A stretch of 64,000 nucleotides of DNA from Bacteroidota bacterium (GCA_040756415.1 JBFLYZ010000003.1:46943-110942), one strand, 5' to 3'; counted from the stretch's first letter, positions 1-9,302 are shown. Program-made: numbers and translations. Notes: generated from the letters alone by a model not told the origin.

Positions 1-519
1 ACGCCCATGACCGATTACTGGTACGTGCTCATCAGCAATAACGGGGGCGCAAGCTGGGATACGGTGGAATACACCATGGTAAGCAGCGGACAGGAATGGA
101 TGATGAAGGCATTTAAGATCAGCGATATTCTCACGCCCACCTCTACCATGGTGATGCGCTTTATTGCCGAGGATGCCAACGCGGGCAGCCTGATCGAAGC
201 AGCAGTAGACGACCTGGTGATATGGGACGAGAGCACAACGGGAATGGACGATGCCTCGGCCATCAGCAGCTTTACGATCTATCCCAACCCCGCGGGTGAC
301 AATGTATTTACGTCATTCAGTCTTTCATCGGGCGAGGAGGTGAAGATCACCATCAGCGATGCACTGGGCAGGATAGTTTATACGGAGGATATGGGCAACA
401 TATCGGCCGGCTACCACCAGCATAAGATCAATACCGCGGCACTGAGCGCGGGCGTGTACATGATGACCATCAGCACAGGCAAAGGGCAAAAGACCGTGAA
501 GCTGACGATAGCTGAGTAA
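1..519 (+). CDS. T9SS C-terminal sorting domain-containing secreted protein (3' fragment; the gene runs off the window start)
   Basis: The frame is open from base 1. The C-terminal ~80 aa (FTIYPNPAGDNVF...GVYMMTISTGKGQKTVKLTIAE) fit the Por/T9SS CTD pattern (YPNPA...GvY.v.v). It is followed by a strong hairpin terminator. Confidence 0.8.
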   Translation, partial: TPMTDYWYVLISNNGGASWDTVEYTMVSSGQEWMMKAFKISDILTPTSTMVMRFIAEDANAGSLIEAAVDDLVIWDESTTGMDDASAISSFTIYPNPAGDNVFTSFSLSSGEEVKITISDALGRIVYTEDMGNISAGYHQHKINTAALSAGVYMMTISTGKGQKTVKLTIAE

Positions 520-536
520 CGCCTTCTTCCATAACT

Positions 537-569
537 AAAAAAGTCCCGGGTATTTCCGGGACTTTTTTA
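537..569. terminator. Bidirectional rho-independent terminator between convergent genes
   Basis: aaaaaAGTCCCGGgtatttCCGGGACTtttttt: a perfect 9-bp stem with an A-run and a T-run on either side. Confidence 0.7.
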
Positions 570-647
570 GTTAATGCGGTCATGATTTTGCAAATCCCCT
601 TCCACTTAAGGCGAATGATACCTCCTTTAAAAGGACTGAGCCTGTAA

Positions 648-1547
648 TCAGTTACCCTGCATGATCTTCTGCCAGTTGTTGGAGTTGGCAGGATCGATCT
701 CGTTGAGCAGGTTCACGATCTTGGTCTTCTCATCGCTCTGCGCGCCCGTGAACAGGCTTACTATCTCATCGCGCTTGGCCAGGAAGAACAATTGCATGGG
801 ATAGGAAAGCGGTTTATCCGAATGCACTTTCTGGAGCAGCATAAGGGCTTCCAGCACCGCTGAGCGGCCGGTGATCACATCCTTGGCCATGACATCGAAT
901 CCCTGGCGGTGATACTTGTACATGCACTCGCGGATGGGTTTATAGGTAGGATTGAGCATGTTCTCCACGATCCAGTAGCGGTTCTTGGTGCCTTCAAAGG
1001 CCTTCCATCCTTTTTCCGGGGCCGATTGGGCATTGGCCACAACGCTCTGGGCCTTTTGGAAATAGGGCGTGCCTCCCTCCGGGGCATAGGTATCGTAATC
1101 CACGCCAATGATCATGTAGGCATAGAACGCCAATACCGAGGTGAGGTTGCTCTGAAATGTGTTATCGGAGTATTCCATGGTCTGGTACTCGAGGTACTTG
1201 AACACGAAATCCTGCTCGTTGTAATTGATGATCGGTGATTTATATGAAGCGTTGAAGACCGGGCGCGAGGCCTGCACCTGCATGGTGGCCTTGAACTGGT
1301 CGCTCGACATTTTTTCGCTCACGGTGATGATGAGGTTGCAGATGATGCGCTCCTCGGGCTTGAACTGGTCGCTGGTCCATTTGCGGTTGTTCATGAACTC
1401 CATCACGCTCTGCTGAAGGGCTTCGAATATCTTTTTTTCGGCCGTTCCCTGTATCTGGGGCGAAAGCACCTGCACGGAGCAGTTCAGCTCCTGGGACCGC
1501 AGGGCGGCCGATAGGAGCACCAAAACAGAAAGGAAAAATCCGCGCAT
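648..1547 (-). CDS. DUF4835 family protein (conserved Bacteroidetes protein found next to coaBC)
   Basis: 299 aa with an N-terminal signal peptide. Its position immediately downstream of coaBC is conserved in Bacteroidetes. The domain assignment is from memory of the family. Confidence 0.65.
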   Translation of the reverse strand: MRGFFLSVLVLLSAALRSQELNCSVQVLSPQIQGTAEKKIFEALQQSVMEFMNNRKWTSDQFKPEERIICNLIITVSEKMSSDQFKATMQVQASRPVFNASYKSPIINYNEQDFVFKYLEYQTMEYSDNTFQSNLTSVLAFYAYMIIGVDYDTYAPEGGTPYFQKAQSVVANAQSAPEKGWKAFEGTKNRYWIVENMLNPTYKPIRECMYKYHRQGFDVMAKDVITGRSAVLEALMLLQKVHSDKPLSYPMQLFFLAKRDEIVSLFTGAQSDEKTKIVNLLNEIDPANSNNWQKIMQGN

Positions 1548-1548
1548 T

Positions 1549-2748
1549 TTATTTCGATCGTTTGATTATTTCTGCAACAATATCCACGGCTGCTTCCGTC
1601 TTGCTCTTTAACTCAAAATTAATGGTTTTATTGTGCCGGTCTATGATTTTTATTTTGTTGGTGTCGTGCCTGAAACCCGCTCCGGGATCGCGCAGCGAAT
1701 TCAGCACGATCATATCGAAATTTTTCTTTTTCAGCTTCTGTTTCGCATTGGCCACCTCGTTGTCGGTCTCCAGCGCAAAGCCCACGATGATCTGCCCTTT
1801 CTTTTTCTGCCTGCCTAACGCGGCCGCGATATCCTTCGTAGGCTCCAGCTCGAGCGCAAGACCGGCTCCTGTTTTTTTGATCTTCTTAGCAGCGGCTTTC
1901 TTCGGCTTATAATCGGCTACAGCGGCAGCCAGCACGGCTATGTGCGCCTTGCCGAACGCCTTTACCGCCTGCGTGTACATCTGCTCTGCGCTGGTCACAT
2001 CGATGCGCTGTATCAAAGCGCTCTTCACCGGCAGCGCGCAGGGACCGCAAACGAGGATCACTTCGGCTCCCTGCCTGGCCAGCTCCTCGGCTATGGCGAA
2101 TCCCATTTTGCCGGATGAATGGTTGCCGATGAAGCGCACCGGGTCGATGGCCTCCTGCGTAGGCCCGGCAGTCACCAGCGCCTTTTTACCCGAGAGCGGC
2201 AGCCTTTTTGAAATGTCTTTTTCCAAAAAAGCGATGATCTCTTCCGGCTCAGCCATCCGGCCCTCCCCTTCCAGGCCGCTGGCCAGCTCGCCATGGTTAG
2301 GCCTGATGAAGCGGTTTCCGAACGAGACCAGCTTTTCGATATTCGCCCGGGTGGTCGGATGCCTGTACATGTCCAGGTCCATGGCCGGGGCAAAGTACAC
2401 CGGGCATCTGGCCGAGAGGTACACCGCCATAAGCAGGTTATCGCAATTGCCGCTGGCCATCTTGGAAAGGGTGTTGGCGGTGGCCGGTGCGATGATGAAG
2501 GCATCGGCCCAGAGGCCCAGCTCAACATGGTTGTTCCAGGTGCCGTCTGCTGAGGCCGTAAAATCCGACACGACAGGGTTCTTAGAAAGCGTGGAAAGCG
2601 TGAGGGGGGTGATGAAATCTTTAGCGGAAGGGGTCATTACGACCTTAACGGAAGCTCCTTTCCTGACAAGGAGGCGCACCAGCAAGGCGGATTTATAGGC
2701 GGCAATCCCGCCTGTTACTCCCACCAGTATATTACGGCCTCTGAGCAT
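1549..2748 (-). CDS. coaBC: Bifunctional phosphopantothenoylcysteine decarboxylase / phosphopantothenate-cysteine ligase
   Basis: N-terminal flavoprotein motif ILVGVTGGIAAYKS; the C-terminal CoaB region (GPTQEAIDPVRFIGNHSSGKMG) is the DFP signature. 399 aa. Confidence 0.95.
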   Translation of the reverse strand: MLRGRNILVGVTGGIAAYKSALLVRLLVRKGASVKVVMTPSAKDFITPLTLSTLSKNPVVSDFTASADGTWNNHVELGLWADAFIIAPATANTLSKMASGNCDNLLMAVYLSARCPVYFAPAMDLDMYRHPTTRANIEKLVSFGNRFIRPNHGELASGLEGEGRMAEPEEIIAFLEKDISKRLPLSGKKALVTAGPTQEAIDPVRFIGNHSSGKMGFAIAEELARQGAEVILVCGPCALPVKSALIQRIDVTSAEQMYTQAVKAFGKAHIAVLAAAVADYKPKKAAAKKIKKTGAGLALELEPTKDIAAALGRQKKKGQIIVGFALETDNEVANAKQKLKKKNFDMIVLNSLRDPGAGFRHDTNKIKIIDRHNKTINFELKSKTEAAVDIVAEIIKRSK

Positions 2749-2790
2749 ATCTTATTTAAGCGCAGGCTGCCACGGCACTTCACCCGGCAG

Positions 2791-2826
2791 ATAAAAAAGG
2801 CAGGCAGCCTGACGACCGCCTGCCCC
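2791..2826 (-). terminator. Rho-independent terminator of rpoZ (minus strand)
   Basis: On the minus strand: GGCAGGcggtcgtcaggctgCCTGCC followed by TTTTTTAT. Confidence 0.6.
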
Positions 2827-2841
2827 TGCTGTGTGGCATGA

Positions 2842-3177
2842 TCAGTTACCGCTGTCCTTGCTCGGGTTGCGGAAATAGATCTTATTTTCCAGGAACTCCT
2901 GTACGGCTATGGCGGCCGGCTTGGGCAGGCGCTCGTAGTATTTCGATATCTCGATCTGCTCGCGGTTCTCGAATATCTCCTCGAGGTTATCGGTATGCGA
3001 GGCGAACTCCTGCAGCTTGTTCACCAGCTCCTCGCGCATCTCCGCGCTGATCTGGTTGGCGCGCTTGGAAAGTATGGCGATCGCCTCGTAAATGTTGCCG
3101 GTCTTTGCATCGAGCTGGCGCACATCGCGTGTTACCGTGGTGCTCTCTGCATTGGTCTTTTTGTAATCCATCGTCAT
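2842..3177 (-). CDS. rpoZ: DNA-directed RNA polymerase subunit omega (Bacteroidetes type)
   Basis: 111 aa. The conserved block GNIYEAIAILSKRANQIS is typical of Bacteroidetes RpoZ. It sits between coaBC and bamD, as in other Bacteroidetes. Confidence 0.8.
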   Translation of the reverse strand: MTMDYKKTNAESTTVTRDVRQLDAKTGNIYEAIAILSKRANQISAEMREELVNKLQEFASHTDNLEEIFENREQIEISKYYERLPKPAAIAVQEFLENKIYFRNPSKDSGN

Positions 3178-3179
3178 GA

Positions 3180-3986
3180 TTATTTGGTTGTTTTATCTTT
3201 TAACTTATTGGTGTCGTTCAGGATCTTCTCCGCATCCTTCAGGTACTTGCTTTGCGGAAAAGCGGCAATGAACTTATTATACAGGTCAATGGTGGTGTTC
3301 AGGCGATCGTGCTTCTTGCTTTCCACGCTCCGTTCGGCAAGCAGGTAGCTGGCCTTCAGTTTCATGAACAAGGCGTCTTCGCGGTACTTGGTATCGGGAA
3401 ACTCTTTCAGCATGTTATCGACCGACACCATGGCGCCTTTGTAATCCTCCATGTTGTAATAGAGTTTGGCCTGCTCGAAACATTTTCGCTCCAGCTTCTG
3501 CCGGAGGTAATCGATGAGCTTGTTACATTCTTCTATACGCGCGCTGTTGGGATACTTATTGATGAAGAACTGCAGCTCCTTGATGGCGTTGCGGGTATCG
3601 GTCTGGTCCAGGCTCCAGCGGGGCGACTCCTGGTAATAGCAATAAGCGCCCATGAACGCGCATTCCTCTACATGCTTGCTGTAGGGGAATATCTTGGAGA
3701 ACATCTTGAAATGGTAGGCCGCCAGCAGGTAATCGCCCACGCAGTAGTTGGCGTAAGCGTAATAATAATAAATGCTTTCGGCCTTGGCCGTACCCTTGTA
3801 CACCGAATAAAGCTCTTCGAACAGTGTAAGTGCATGGCTGCAATCCCCTTTGTCATAGTACTTTACGGCTTCGCGGTACTTCAGGTCCATATCGGTGCTC
3901 TTGAGCACCTTATTGAAATCGCTGCAGGAGCAGAATGCCGTGACCAGGATGAACAGGGCGCTGATATGACCTAATCGTCTGAACAT
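3180..3986 (-). CDS. bamD: Outer membrane protein assembly factor BamD (TPR lipoprotein)
   Basis: Lipoprotein signal (LVTAFCSCS), TPR-like repeats, 268 aa, upstream of rpoZ/coaBC. Confidence 0.85.
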   Translation of the reverse strand: MFRRLGHISALFILVTAFCSCSDFNKVLKSTDMDLKYREAVKYYDKGDCSHALTLFEELYSVYKGTAKAESIYYYYAYANYCVGDYLLAAYHFKMFSKIFPYSKHVEECAFMGAYCYYQESPRWSLDQTDTRNAIKELQFFINKYPNSARIEECNKLIDYLRQKLERKCFEQAKLYYNMEDYKGAMVSVDNMLKEFPDTKYREDALFMKLKASYLLAERSVESKKHDRLNTTIDLYNKFIAAFPQSKYLKDAEKILNDTNKLKDKTTK

Positions 3987-4139
3987 CAGTTTTTACAAGT
4001 TTTCCGGCCCGAACGCCAGCCTGCCTGTGACCTGACAGGTACCGTTCGGTACGGGCCGGCAAAGATAGCATTAATTGGCGAAGAGCGGGCTGTTAATTTA
4101 TTACTGAAAAAAGGGTTTTGCGCATAGGGACGAAAGCCC

Positions 4140-4147
4140 TACTTTTG
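4140..4147 (+). promoter_or_regulatory. Candidate Bacteroidetes sigma-A -7 box (TAnnTTTG) for the alpha-oxoamine synthase gene
   Basis: TACTTTTG lies 26 nt upstream of the ATG at 4174. Confidence 0.35.
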
Positions 4148-4173
4148 CCCTCGTTTTACAACCCAACGGAAAA

Positions 4174-5418
4174 ATGAAGGATTTATTTGAAAAGATCAGG
4201 GAGAACCGCGGGCCCATTGGCCAGCACGCAAAGGAGTCGCATGGCTATTTCACCTTTCCCAAGCTGGAAGGGGATATCGGCCCGCACATGGTGTTCAGGG
4301 GAAGAAAGCGCCTGAACTGGAGCCTGAACAATTACCTGGGACTGGCCAACCATCCTGAGGTAAGGAAAGCCGATGCCGATTCGGCCGCACAATACGGCCT
4401 GGCACTGCCTATGGGCGCCCGTATGATGAGCGGTAATTCAAACCAGCACGAGCAACTGGAATCGGAGCTTTCGGCCTTTGTAAGCAAACAAGATACCATT
4501 CTCTGCAACTACGGCTACCAGGCCATGGTTTCGGCCATCGATTGCCTGGTCGACCGCAGGGACGTGATCGTATACGATGCCGAATCGCACGCCTGCATAC
4601 TGGACGGGGTGCGGCTGCACATGGGCAAGCGCTATGTATTCAAGCATAACGATATCGATGACTGCGACAAGCAATTGGCCCGCGCCACCAGGCTGGCCGA
4701 GGAAACGGGGGGCTGCATACTGGTCATTACCGAAGGCGTTTTCGGCATGCGTGGCGACCAGGGCAGGCTCAAAGAGATCGTGGAGCTGAAAAAGAAATAC
4801 AAATTCCGCCTTTTTGTTGACGATGCCCACGGCATTGGCACCATGGGTAGGAACGGTGGCGGCACCGGTGAGGAACAGGGCTGCCAGGATGGCATTGACA
4901 TCTACTTCGGCACTTTTGCCAAGTCATTCGCCCTAATCGGTGGCTTCATCTCGAGCGATGAGGATGTGGTGGAATACCTGCGTTATAACATGCGCTCGCA
5001 GATCTTCGCCAAGTCGCTGCCCATGCCCATCGTGGTGGGAGCCCTCAAGCGCCTGGAGCTGATGCGCAACAAGCCCGAACTCAGAGAGAACCTCTGGAAG
5101 ATCACCAATGCCCTGCAGAGCGGCCTCAAAAAGGCGGGATTCGATATCGGGGTCACCAATTCGCCCGTTACACCCGTATACATGAATGGTTCCATCCCGG
5201 AGGCCACCAACCTGATCGTTGACCTGCGCGAGAACTTCAACATTTTCTGCTCCATGGTGGTTTATCCCGTGGTACCCAAAGGCATGATCATTCTTCGGCT
5301 GATACCCACCGCGGTGCATACCATGGACGATGTGAACTATACCATCGATGCCTTCTCCAAGATAGCGGGTAAGCTGAAGGAGGGTAAATACATGAGCGAT
5401 AAGATAGCGGCTCATTGA
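4174..5418 (+). CDS. Pyridoxal-phosphate-dependent alpha-oxoamine synthase (serine palmitoyltransferase / 8-amino-7-oxononanoate synthase family)
   Basis: 414 aa aminotransferase class I/II fold with a probable PLP-lysine in the FGTFAKSF motif. It resembles KBL/Spt enzymes; in Bacteroidetes this family makes sphingolipid or sulfonolipid long-chain bases. Confidence 0.85.
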   Translation: MKDLFEKIRENRGPIGQHAKESHGYFTFPKLEGDIGPHMVFRGRKRLNWSLNNYLGLANHPEVRKADADSAAQYGLALPMGARMMSGNSNQHEQLESELSAFVSKQDTILCNYGYQAMVSAIDCLVDRRDVIVYDAESHACILDGVRLHMGKRYVFKHNDIDDCDKQLARATRLAEETGGCILVITEGVFGMRGDQGRLKEIVELKKKYKFRLFVDDAHGIGTMGRNGGGTGEEQGCQDGIDIYFGTFAKSFALIGGFISSDEDVVEYLRYNMRSQIFAKSLPMPIVVGALKRLELMRNKPELRENLWKITNALQSGLKKAGFDIGVTNSPVTPVYMNGSIPEATNLIVDLRENFNIFCSMVVYPVVPKGMIILRLIPTAVHTMDDVNYTIDAFSKIAGKLKEGKYMSDKIAAH

Positions 5419-5433
5419 ATATAGGGAATAGTG

Positions 5434-5466
5434 TGTAGTATGTAGTTTGTAGTTTGTAGTTTGTAG
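5434..5466 (+). repeat. Tandem heptamer (TGTAGTT/TGTAGTA) x ~4.5
   Basis: Sequence is gtgTGTAGTATGTAGTTTGTAGTTTGTAGTTTGTAGaaaag. A related motif is found at 55369-55426. Confidence 0.9.
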
Positions 5467-5477
5467 AAAAGAAAAAA

Positions 5478-5597
5478 ATGAAAACGAGAACCTCCATCCT
5501 TGCGCTCCTGATTATCTTCAGTCTTGCTATGGCATCCTGCGCTAACCGCAAATGCAACGGAAAGAAAAAGATCATGACCGAAATGGGCCCGATGTGA
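5478..5597 (+). CDS. Hypothetical small lipopeptide (39 aa), not in the ORF track
   Basis: The ATG is ~20 nt downstream of TAGTTTG-type -7 motifs. The product is MKTRTSILALLIIFSLAMASCANRKCNGKKKIMTEMGPM, which has a signal peptide and two Cys. It ends before a convergent gene. Confidence 0.3.
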   Translation: MKTRTSILALLIIFSLAMASCANRKCNGKKKIMTEMGPM

Positions 5598-5660
5598 CTT
5601 CAGGGTCAAAAGGGTAAAAGCCAGAATTTCCAAAAAAGCTCTTCCGCAGTAGGGGCTTTT

Positions 5661-6050
5661 TTATTTTACGAGGAGCGTATCGCTCATGAACTGCTTTACA
5701 CCGTTCTGGATGCCGGTGACGAAATGAAAAATGTATTTACCGGCTGATTTCGGAGTATAGGAATAATTGATGGTGAACTCCTGTACGCCTTTCTGGCACT
5801 CCCCGTTCTTGGGATACTCACCGTAAAGGGTTACCGTTACCACTTTGCCCTTCACGTTGGTTTCCTGGCGCGAATACTTTGTACTGTGATCGTTGAACTC
5901 AGCCGTTATCTTAAACACGAGCTCCTTGTTGGGCTTGGAAATCTGCGGCAGCTCCGTTCCGGTAATATGGGCTATGACCTCTGCGTAATCACCGGTAAGG
6001 GTGAACGAACACAAGAGAAGCAGAACAGCGGGTACCAATAGCCTTCTCAT
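5661..6050 (-). CDS. Hypothetical secreted protein
   Basis: 129 aa with a signal peptide. Its start codon overlaps the stop of the upstream T9SS protein by 4 bp (ATGA), so the two are probably co-transcribed. Confidence 0.6.
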   Translation of the reverse strand: MRRLLVPAVLLLLCSFTLTGDYAEVIAHITGTELPQISKPNKELVFKITAEFNDHSTKYSRQETNVKGKVVTVTLYGEYPKNGECQKGVQEFTINYSYTPKSAGKYIFHFVTGIQNGVKQFMSDTLLVK

Positions 6051-7324
6051 TGCTTAACGATCGTTTCGGCACGTATGTATCCATCACCGGTTTCGACCGT
6101 AATGATATAGATCCCCGCATCAAGGCCCGACAGGTCAAAACTGTTGTATCCCGTTCTTCGCGGCAGTATCAGCTCACCGAAAACATTCATCAGGCTTATA
6201 CGGCTGTCCGGCTCTACACTTGACAGGGTGATTCTATCCGTGGCCGGGTTGGGGTAAACCGAAAAACCGGGACGAACAGGCAGCTCACTCGCCCCTATGG
6301 AGAGCGGCAGCCATTTGGCAATATTGAAGGCAAAGGCGCCACCCGCCAGCGTGAACAGGCCTCCCGCGTACAAATGTGAACCGTATCTTGCGACAGCGTA
6401 CACGGTATTGTTCGTTCCATTCGCATCCGTCACCGCCCACGATGTTCCGCTGAACGATGCCACGCGGTTAGCGGTGACCGATCCGGCCGTAAGAAAAGAG
6501 CCTCCGGCATACAGCCGGCCGTTGAGCACATCCAGGCCGTTGACGAAGTTATCCATGCCACCGTCAACCGCGCTCCATGCGGAGCCGCTCCAGCGGGCGA
6601 TATAATTAGCCGGGCTGCCATCGGCCGTGGTGAATTGGCCGCCAGCGTAAACCTGGCCATTAAACGCTTCCAGGGCCAGCACCACGCTGTTAGTGCCCTG
6701 TCCCAGCGCGGTCCAGGAGCTGCCGTTCCATTTGGCGACATTGTTCGCGGGCACGCCCTGTATGCTGTTAAAGCCGCCACCCGCATAAAGCTCACCGTTA
6801 TACACCAGGAAACTTCTTACCGGCCCGCCCGTATTGGTGCCCATGGCGATCCAGGTTGAGCCGTTCCACTTGGCCAGGTTATACGACTGGTTTCCCCCGG
6901 CCGCGTTAAAGCTGCCGCCCACCCACAGCTCGCCACCGTAAACCGCCATGGCATACACATTGTTGTTCACTCCCACTCCCAGCGCCTGCCAGGCCGAGCC
7001 GGTCCATTTGGCGATCTTGCTTGCCGGGCTGCCATCGGCCGTGGTGAAGTTACCGCCTGCATACAGCTCGCCATTATATATGCAAAAGCAATAAACACTG
7101 GTGTTCATGCCCGTACCCAGCGCAGTGAAGCCCGACCCATTCCAGCTCATCACGCGCGTGCCGGGAGCGGTAAAGTCTCCGCCCGCGTACAGCAGGTTAT
7201 TCACCGTATCGGTAAAAAGCGCAAGCACGGTGTTGTTGGTGTTGTTGGCTCCCACCTGGCTCCATTGGGCATGGGAAGGGAAAGCGAACAGGAAAGCAAC
7301 TGCGAGGGGATAGAGTTTCTTCAT
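6047..7324 (-). CDS. T9SS C-terminal-domain secreted beta-propeller repeat protein
   Basis: 425 aa with a signal peptide and seven or more repeats of GxxLYAGGxFxxxxGxxAxxIAKWxGSxW. The C-terminus (VYPNPATDRITL...GIYIITVETGDGYIRAETIVKQ) is a Por/T9SS CTD. Confidence 0.85.
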   Translation of the reverse strand: MKKLYPLAVAFLFAFPSHAQWSQVGANNTNNTVLALFTDTVNNLLYAGGDFTAPGTRVMSWNGSGFTALGTGMNTSVYCFCIYNGELYAGGNFTTADGSPASKIAKWTGSAWQALGVGVNNNVYAMAVYGGELWVGGSFNAAGGNQSYNLAKWNGSTWIAMGTNTGGPVRSFLVYNGELYAGGGFNSIQGVPANNVAKWNGSSWTALGQGTNSVVLALEAFNGQVYAGGQFTTADGSPANYIARWSGSAWSAVDGGMDNFVNGLDVLNGRLYAGGSFLTAGSVTANRVASFSGTSWAVTDANGTNNTVYAVARYGSHLYAGGLFTLAGGAFAFNIAKWLPLSIGASELPVRPGFSVYPNPATDRITLSSVEPDSRISLMNVFGELILPRRTGYNSFDLSGLDAGIYIITVETGDGYIRAETIVKQ

Positions 7325-7331
7325 CGGGGTG

Positions 7332-9302
7332 TTATTTTATGACATATTCTTCAAAGAAGAGGATGAGGGAAGCGCTGAAATAATCCGCGTTCGATTTCTT
7401 TTTAAATCCATGCCCTTCGTCCTTGGCCAGCAGGTACCAGCAGGTTACGTTCTTCTTTTTCAACGCCTGCACCATCTGCTCGGCCTCGCTGGCCGGCACG
7501 CGCGGATCATTGGCTCCCTGAGCAATGAACATGGGCTTGCTGATCTTATGCACATTATTATTGGGCGATATCTTTTCCAGGAACTTATACATCTCCGGGT
7601 CGCGCTCGTCACCGTATTCCACCCTTCTCAGGTCCCTGCGGTATTCAGAGGTGTTCTTCAGAAAAGTGAGAAAGTTGCTGATGCCAACCACATCGCATCC
7701 GGCCTTGAGCCTGTCGTTGAAGTGGGTCATACAGGCAAGGGTCATATAGCCACCGTAAGAGCCGCCCCATACCCCTACCCGCGCGGGATCCAGGTCGGGC
7801 TGCTGGGCTATCCAGTCGAGCAGGCTGCCGATGTCCTTCACCGCGTCTTCGCGGCTGAAGCCGTTATCCAGGGTTACATAGGTCTTGCCGTAGCCGGTCG
7901 ATCCCCGTACATTCGGCACGATGACCACCGTATTGAGCTCGTTGACCAGGTACTGGTAAAAGGGATAAAAGCCGCCCTTGCTCTGTCCTTCCGGGCCACC
8001 GTGTATGTTAATGACCACGGGGTATTTAGTCAGTTTGTCCTGGTTCTTGGCTGCGGGCTTATAGACAAAGGCCGGTATCTTTCCCGGCTCGGAAAGTATG
8101 CCCTTCCCGTCATGCGAGGGAAAATGGATCAGCGAAGGCTCCACAAAGCTGAGCTCGGTGATATCGCCCGCCTCGCTGAAGGTCCAGCGTTCCGGCATGG
8201 CCGCAGCCGCGTTCCCGCTGCCCAGATCGATCACGTAAACTTCAGAGGCCGAAAAGGAGGTCATGTAGGTAAGCGCCACCTGGTTCTTCACAGGGTGAAA
8301 ATGGATGGCCCCTATGTTGCATTTGGGCATGTTCTTGATCTGCGTGTATGTCTTCTTGGCCGTATCGAACAGGTAGAGCGTTGACCAGCCGCCCTCGTTC
8401 AGCTCGAACACGAGCCACTTATTGTCATCGCTCAGGGTGATGCCTTCCACGTCCCACATCACCTTCGGGGTAAGCACCACCGCCTTTTTCGATTTGATGT
8501 CGTAATAGCGCAGGGTCGAGAACTCGCTGTCCTCGTCCGAAACGAAATAAAAGCCCTTTCCGTCCTTGGTGAAGATCTGCTGGCCGTGGTTGATCTTCTT
8601 TCCTTCCGCATTGATCTTGTCCAGCTTGCCCGTGGCCAGGTCAAGGAAATAGATGTGCGATTCGTTCACCGAGACATAGTTCTTGATGATCATGGTCTTA
8701 CCATCCTCGCTCCAGTCAGAAATGCTCCAGCCGCCTCCTTCCGCCTTCAGCACCATCTTATCGCTGGCGGGGCTGTCGACCTTCATCACGTATACATCCA
8801 TGTCTTTCCCATTGCGTTTATTGCAGGTATAGGCGATCTGGTCGCCCTTGCGGTTCCAGTTCAGGTCCTCGTAGCGCGACTTGCCGTCACTGAGCATGGT
8901 CTCCTTGCCGCTTTTCAGGTCTTTCAGTATAAGCTGGAAATTTTCGTTGCCTCCGGCATCCTTGAAATAAATAAAGACATTGCGCTTGGGGTCAGGGCTG
9001 GAAAGCGCGCTGGTGATGGGCTCTTTCCCCGTGGTGATCTGCTGCTTTACGCTGCCCGGCATTTTGGCGAGATGGATCTGCCCCACATCCCCCGCCCGGG
9101 TGGAGAACAAAATACCGTTCCCCCCGGGGGCCCAGTCGGCCAGCGAGGAGCTTTTGATCTCCGTATACTTGACCAGCTTATCGGTAATGCGCTTGGGTAT
9201 TTCCGGTATCCCGTCAATCACCAGGTTGTCCTGGGCGCCAAGAGGCAGAAACGGGAAAAGCGAAAAGCAGAGGATAAAGAAGGGTATTGTGATCTTTCTC
9301 AT
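7332..9302 (-). CDS. S9 family serine peptidase (prolyl oligopeptidase / dipeptidyl aminopeptidase type) with N-terminal beta-propeller
   Basis: Catalytic nucleophile motif GGSYGGYMT. The C-terminal alpha/beta hydrolase segment includes the conserved Asp and His. The signal peptide MRKITIPFFILCFSLF begins at the internal Met, so the ORF-track start at 9410 is probably an artefactual extension. Confidence 0.85.
   Translation of the reverse strand: MRKITIPFFILCFSLFPFLPLGAQDNLVIDGIPEIPKRITDKLVKYTEIKSSSLADWAPGGNGILFSTRAGDVGQIHLAKMPGSVKQQITTGKEPITSALSSPDPKRNVFIYFKDAGGNENFQLILKDLKSGKETMLSDGKSRYEDLNWNRKGDQIAYTCNKRNGKDMDVYVMKVDSPASDKMVLKAEGGGWSISDWSEDGKTMIIKNYVSVNESHIYFLDLATGKLDKINAEGKKINHGQQIFTKDGKGFYFVSDEDSEFSTLRYYDIKSKKAVVLTPKVMWDVEGITLSDDNKWLVFELNEGGWSTLYLFDTAKKTYTQIKNMPKCNIGAIHFHPVKNQVALTYMTSFSASEVYVIDLGSGNAAAAMPERWTFSEAGDITELSFVEPSLIHFPSHDGKGILSEPGKIPAFVYKPAAKNQDKLTKYPVVINIHGGPEGQSKGGFYPFYQYLVNELNTVVIVPNVRGSTGYGKTYVTLDNGFSREDAVKDIGSLLDWIAQQPDLDPARVGVWGGSYGGYMTLACMTHFNDRLKAGCDVVGISNFLTFLKNTSEYRRDLRRVEYGDERDPEMYKFLEKISPNNNVHKISKPMFIAQGANDPRVPASEAEQMVQALKKKNVTCWYLLAKDEGHGFKKKSNADYFSASLILFFEEYVIK

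Noticed and set aside
1940-2698. 252-aa plus-strand ORF, and others at 2172-2528 and 2293-2553, inside coaBC.
   Set aside because: They are antisense to a strongly conserved gene, have no recognisable domains, and are typical high-GC shadow ORFs.
3252-3974. 240-aa ORF antisense to bamD.
   Set aside because: Shadow ORF with no motif support.
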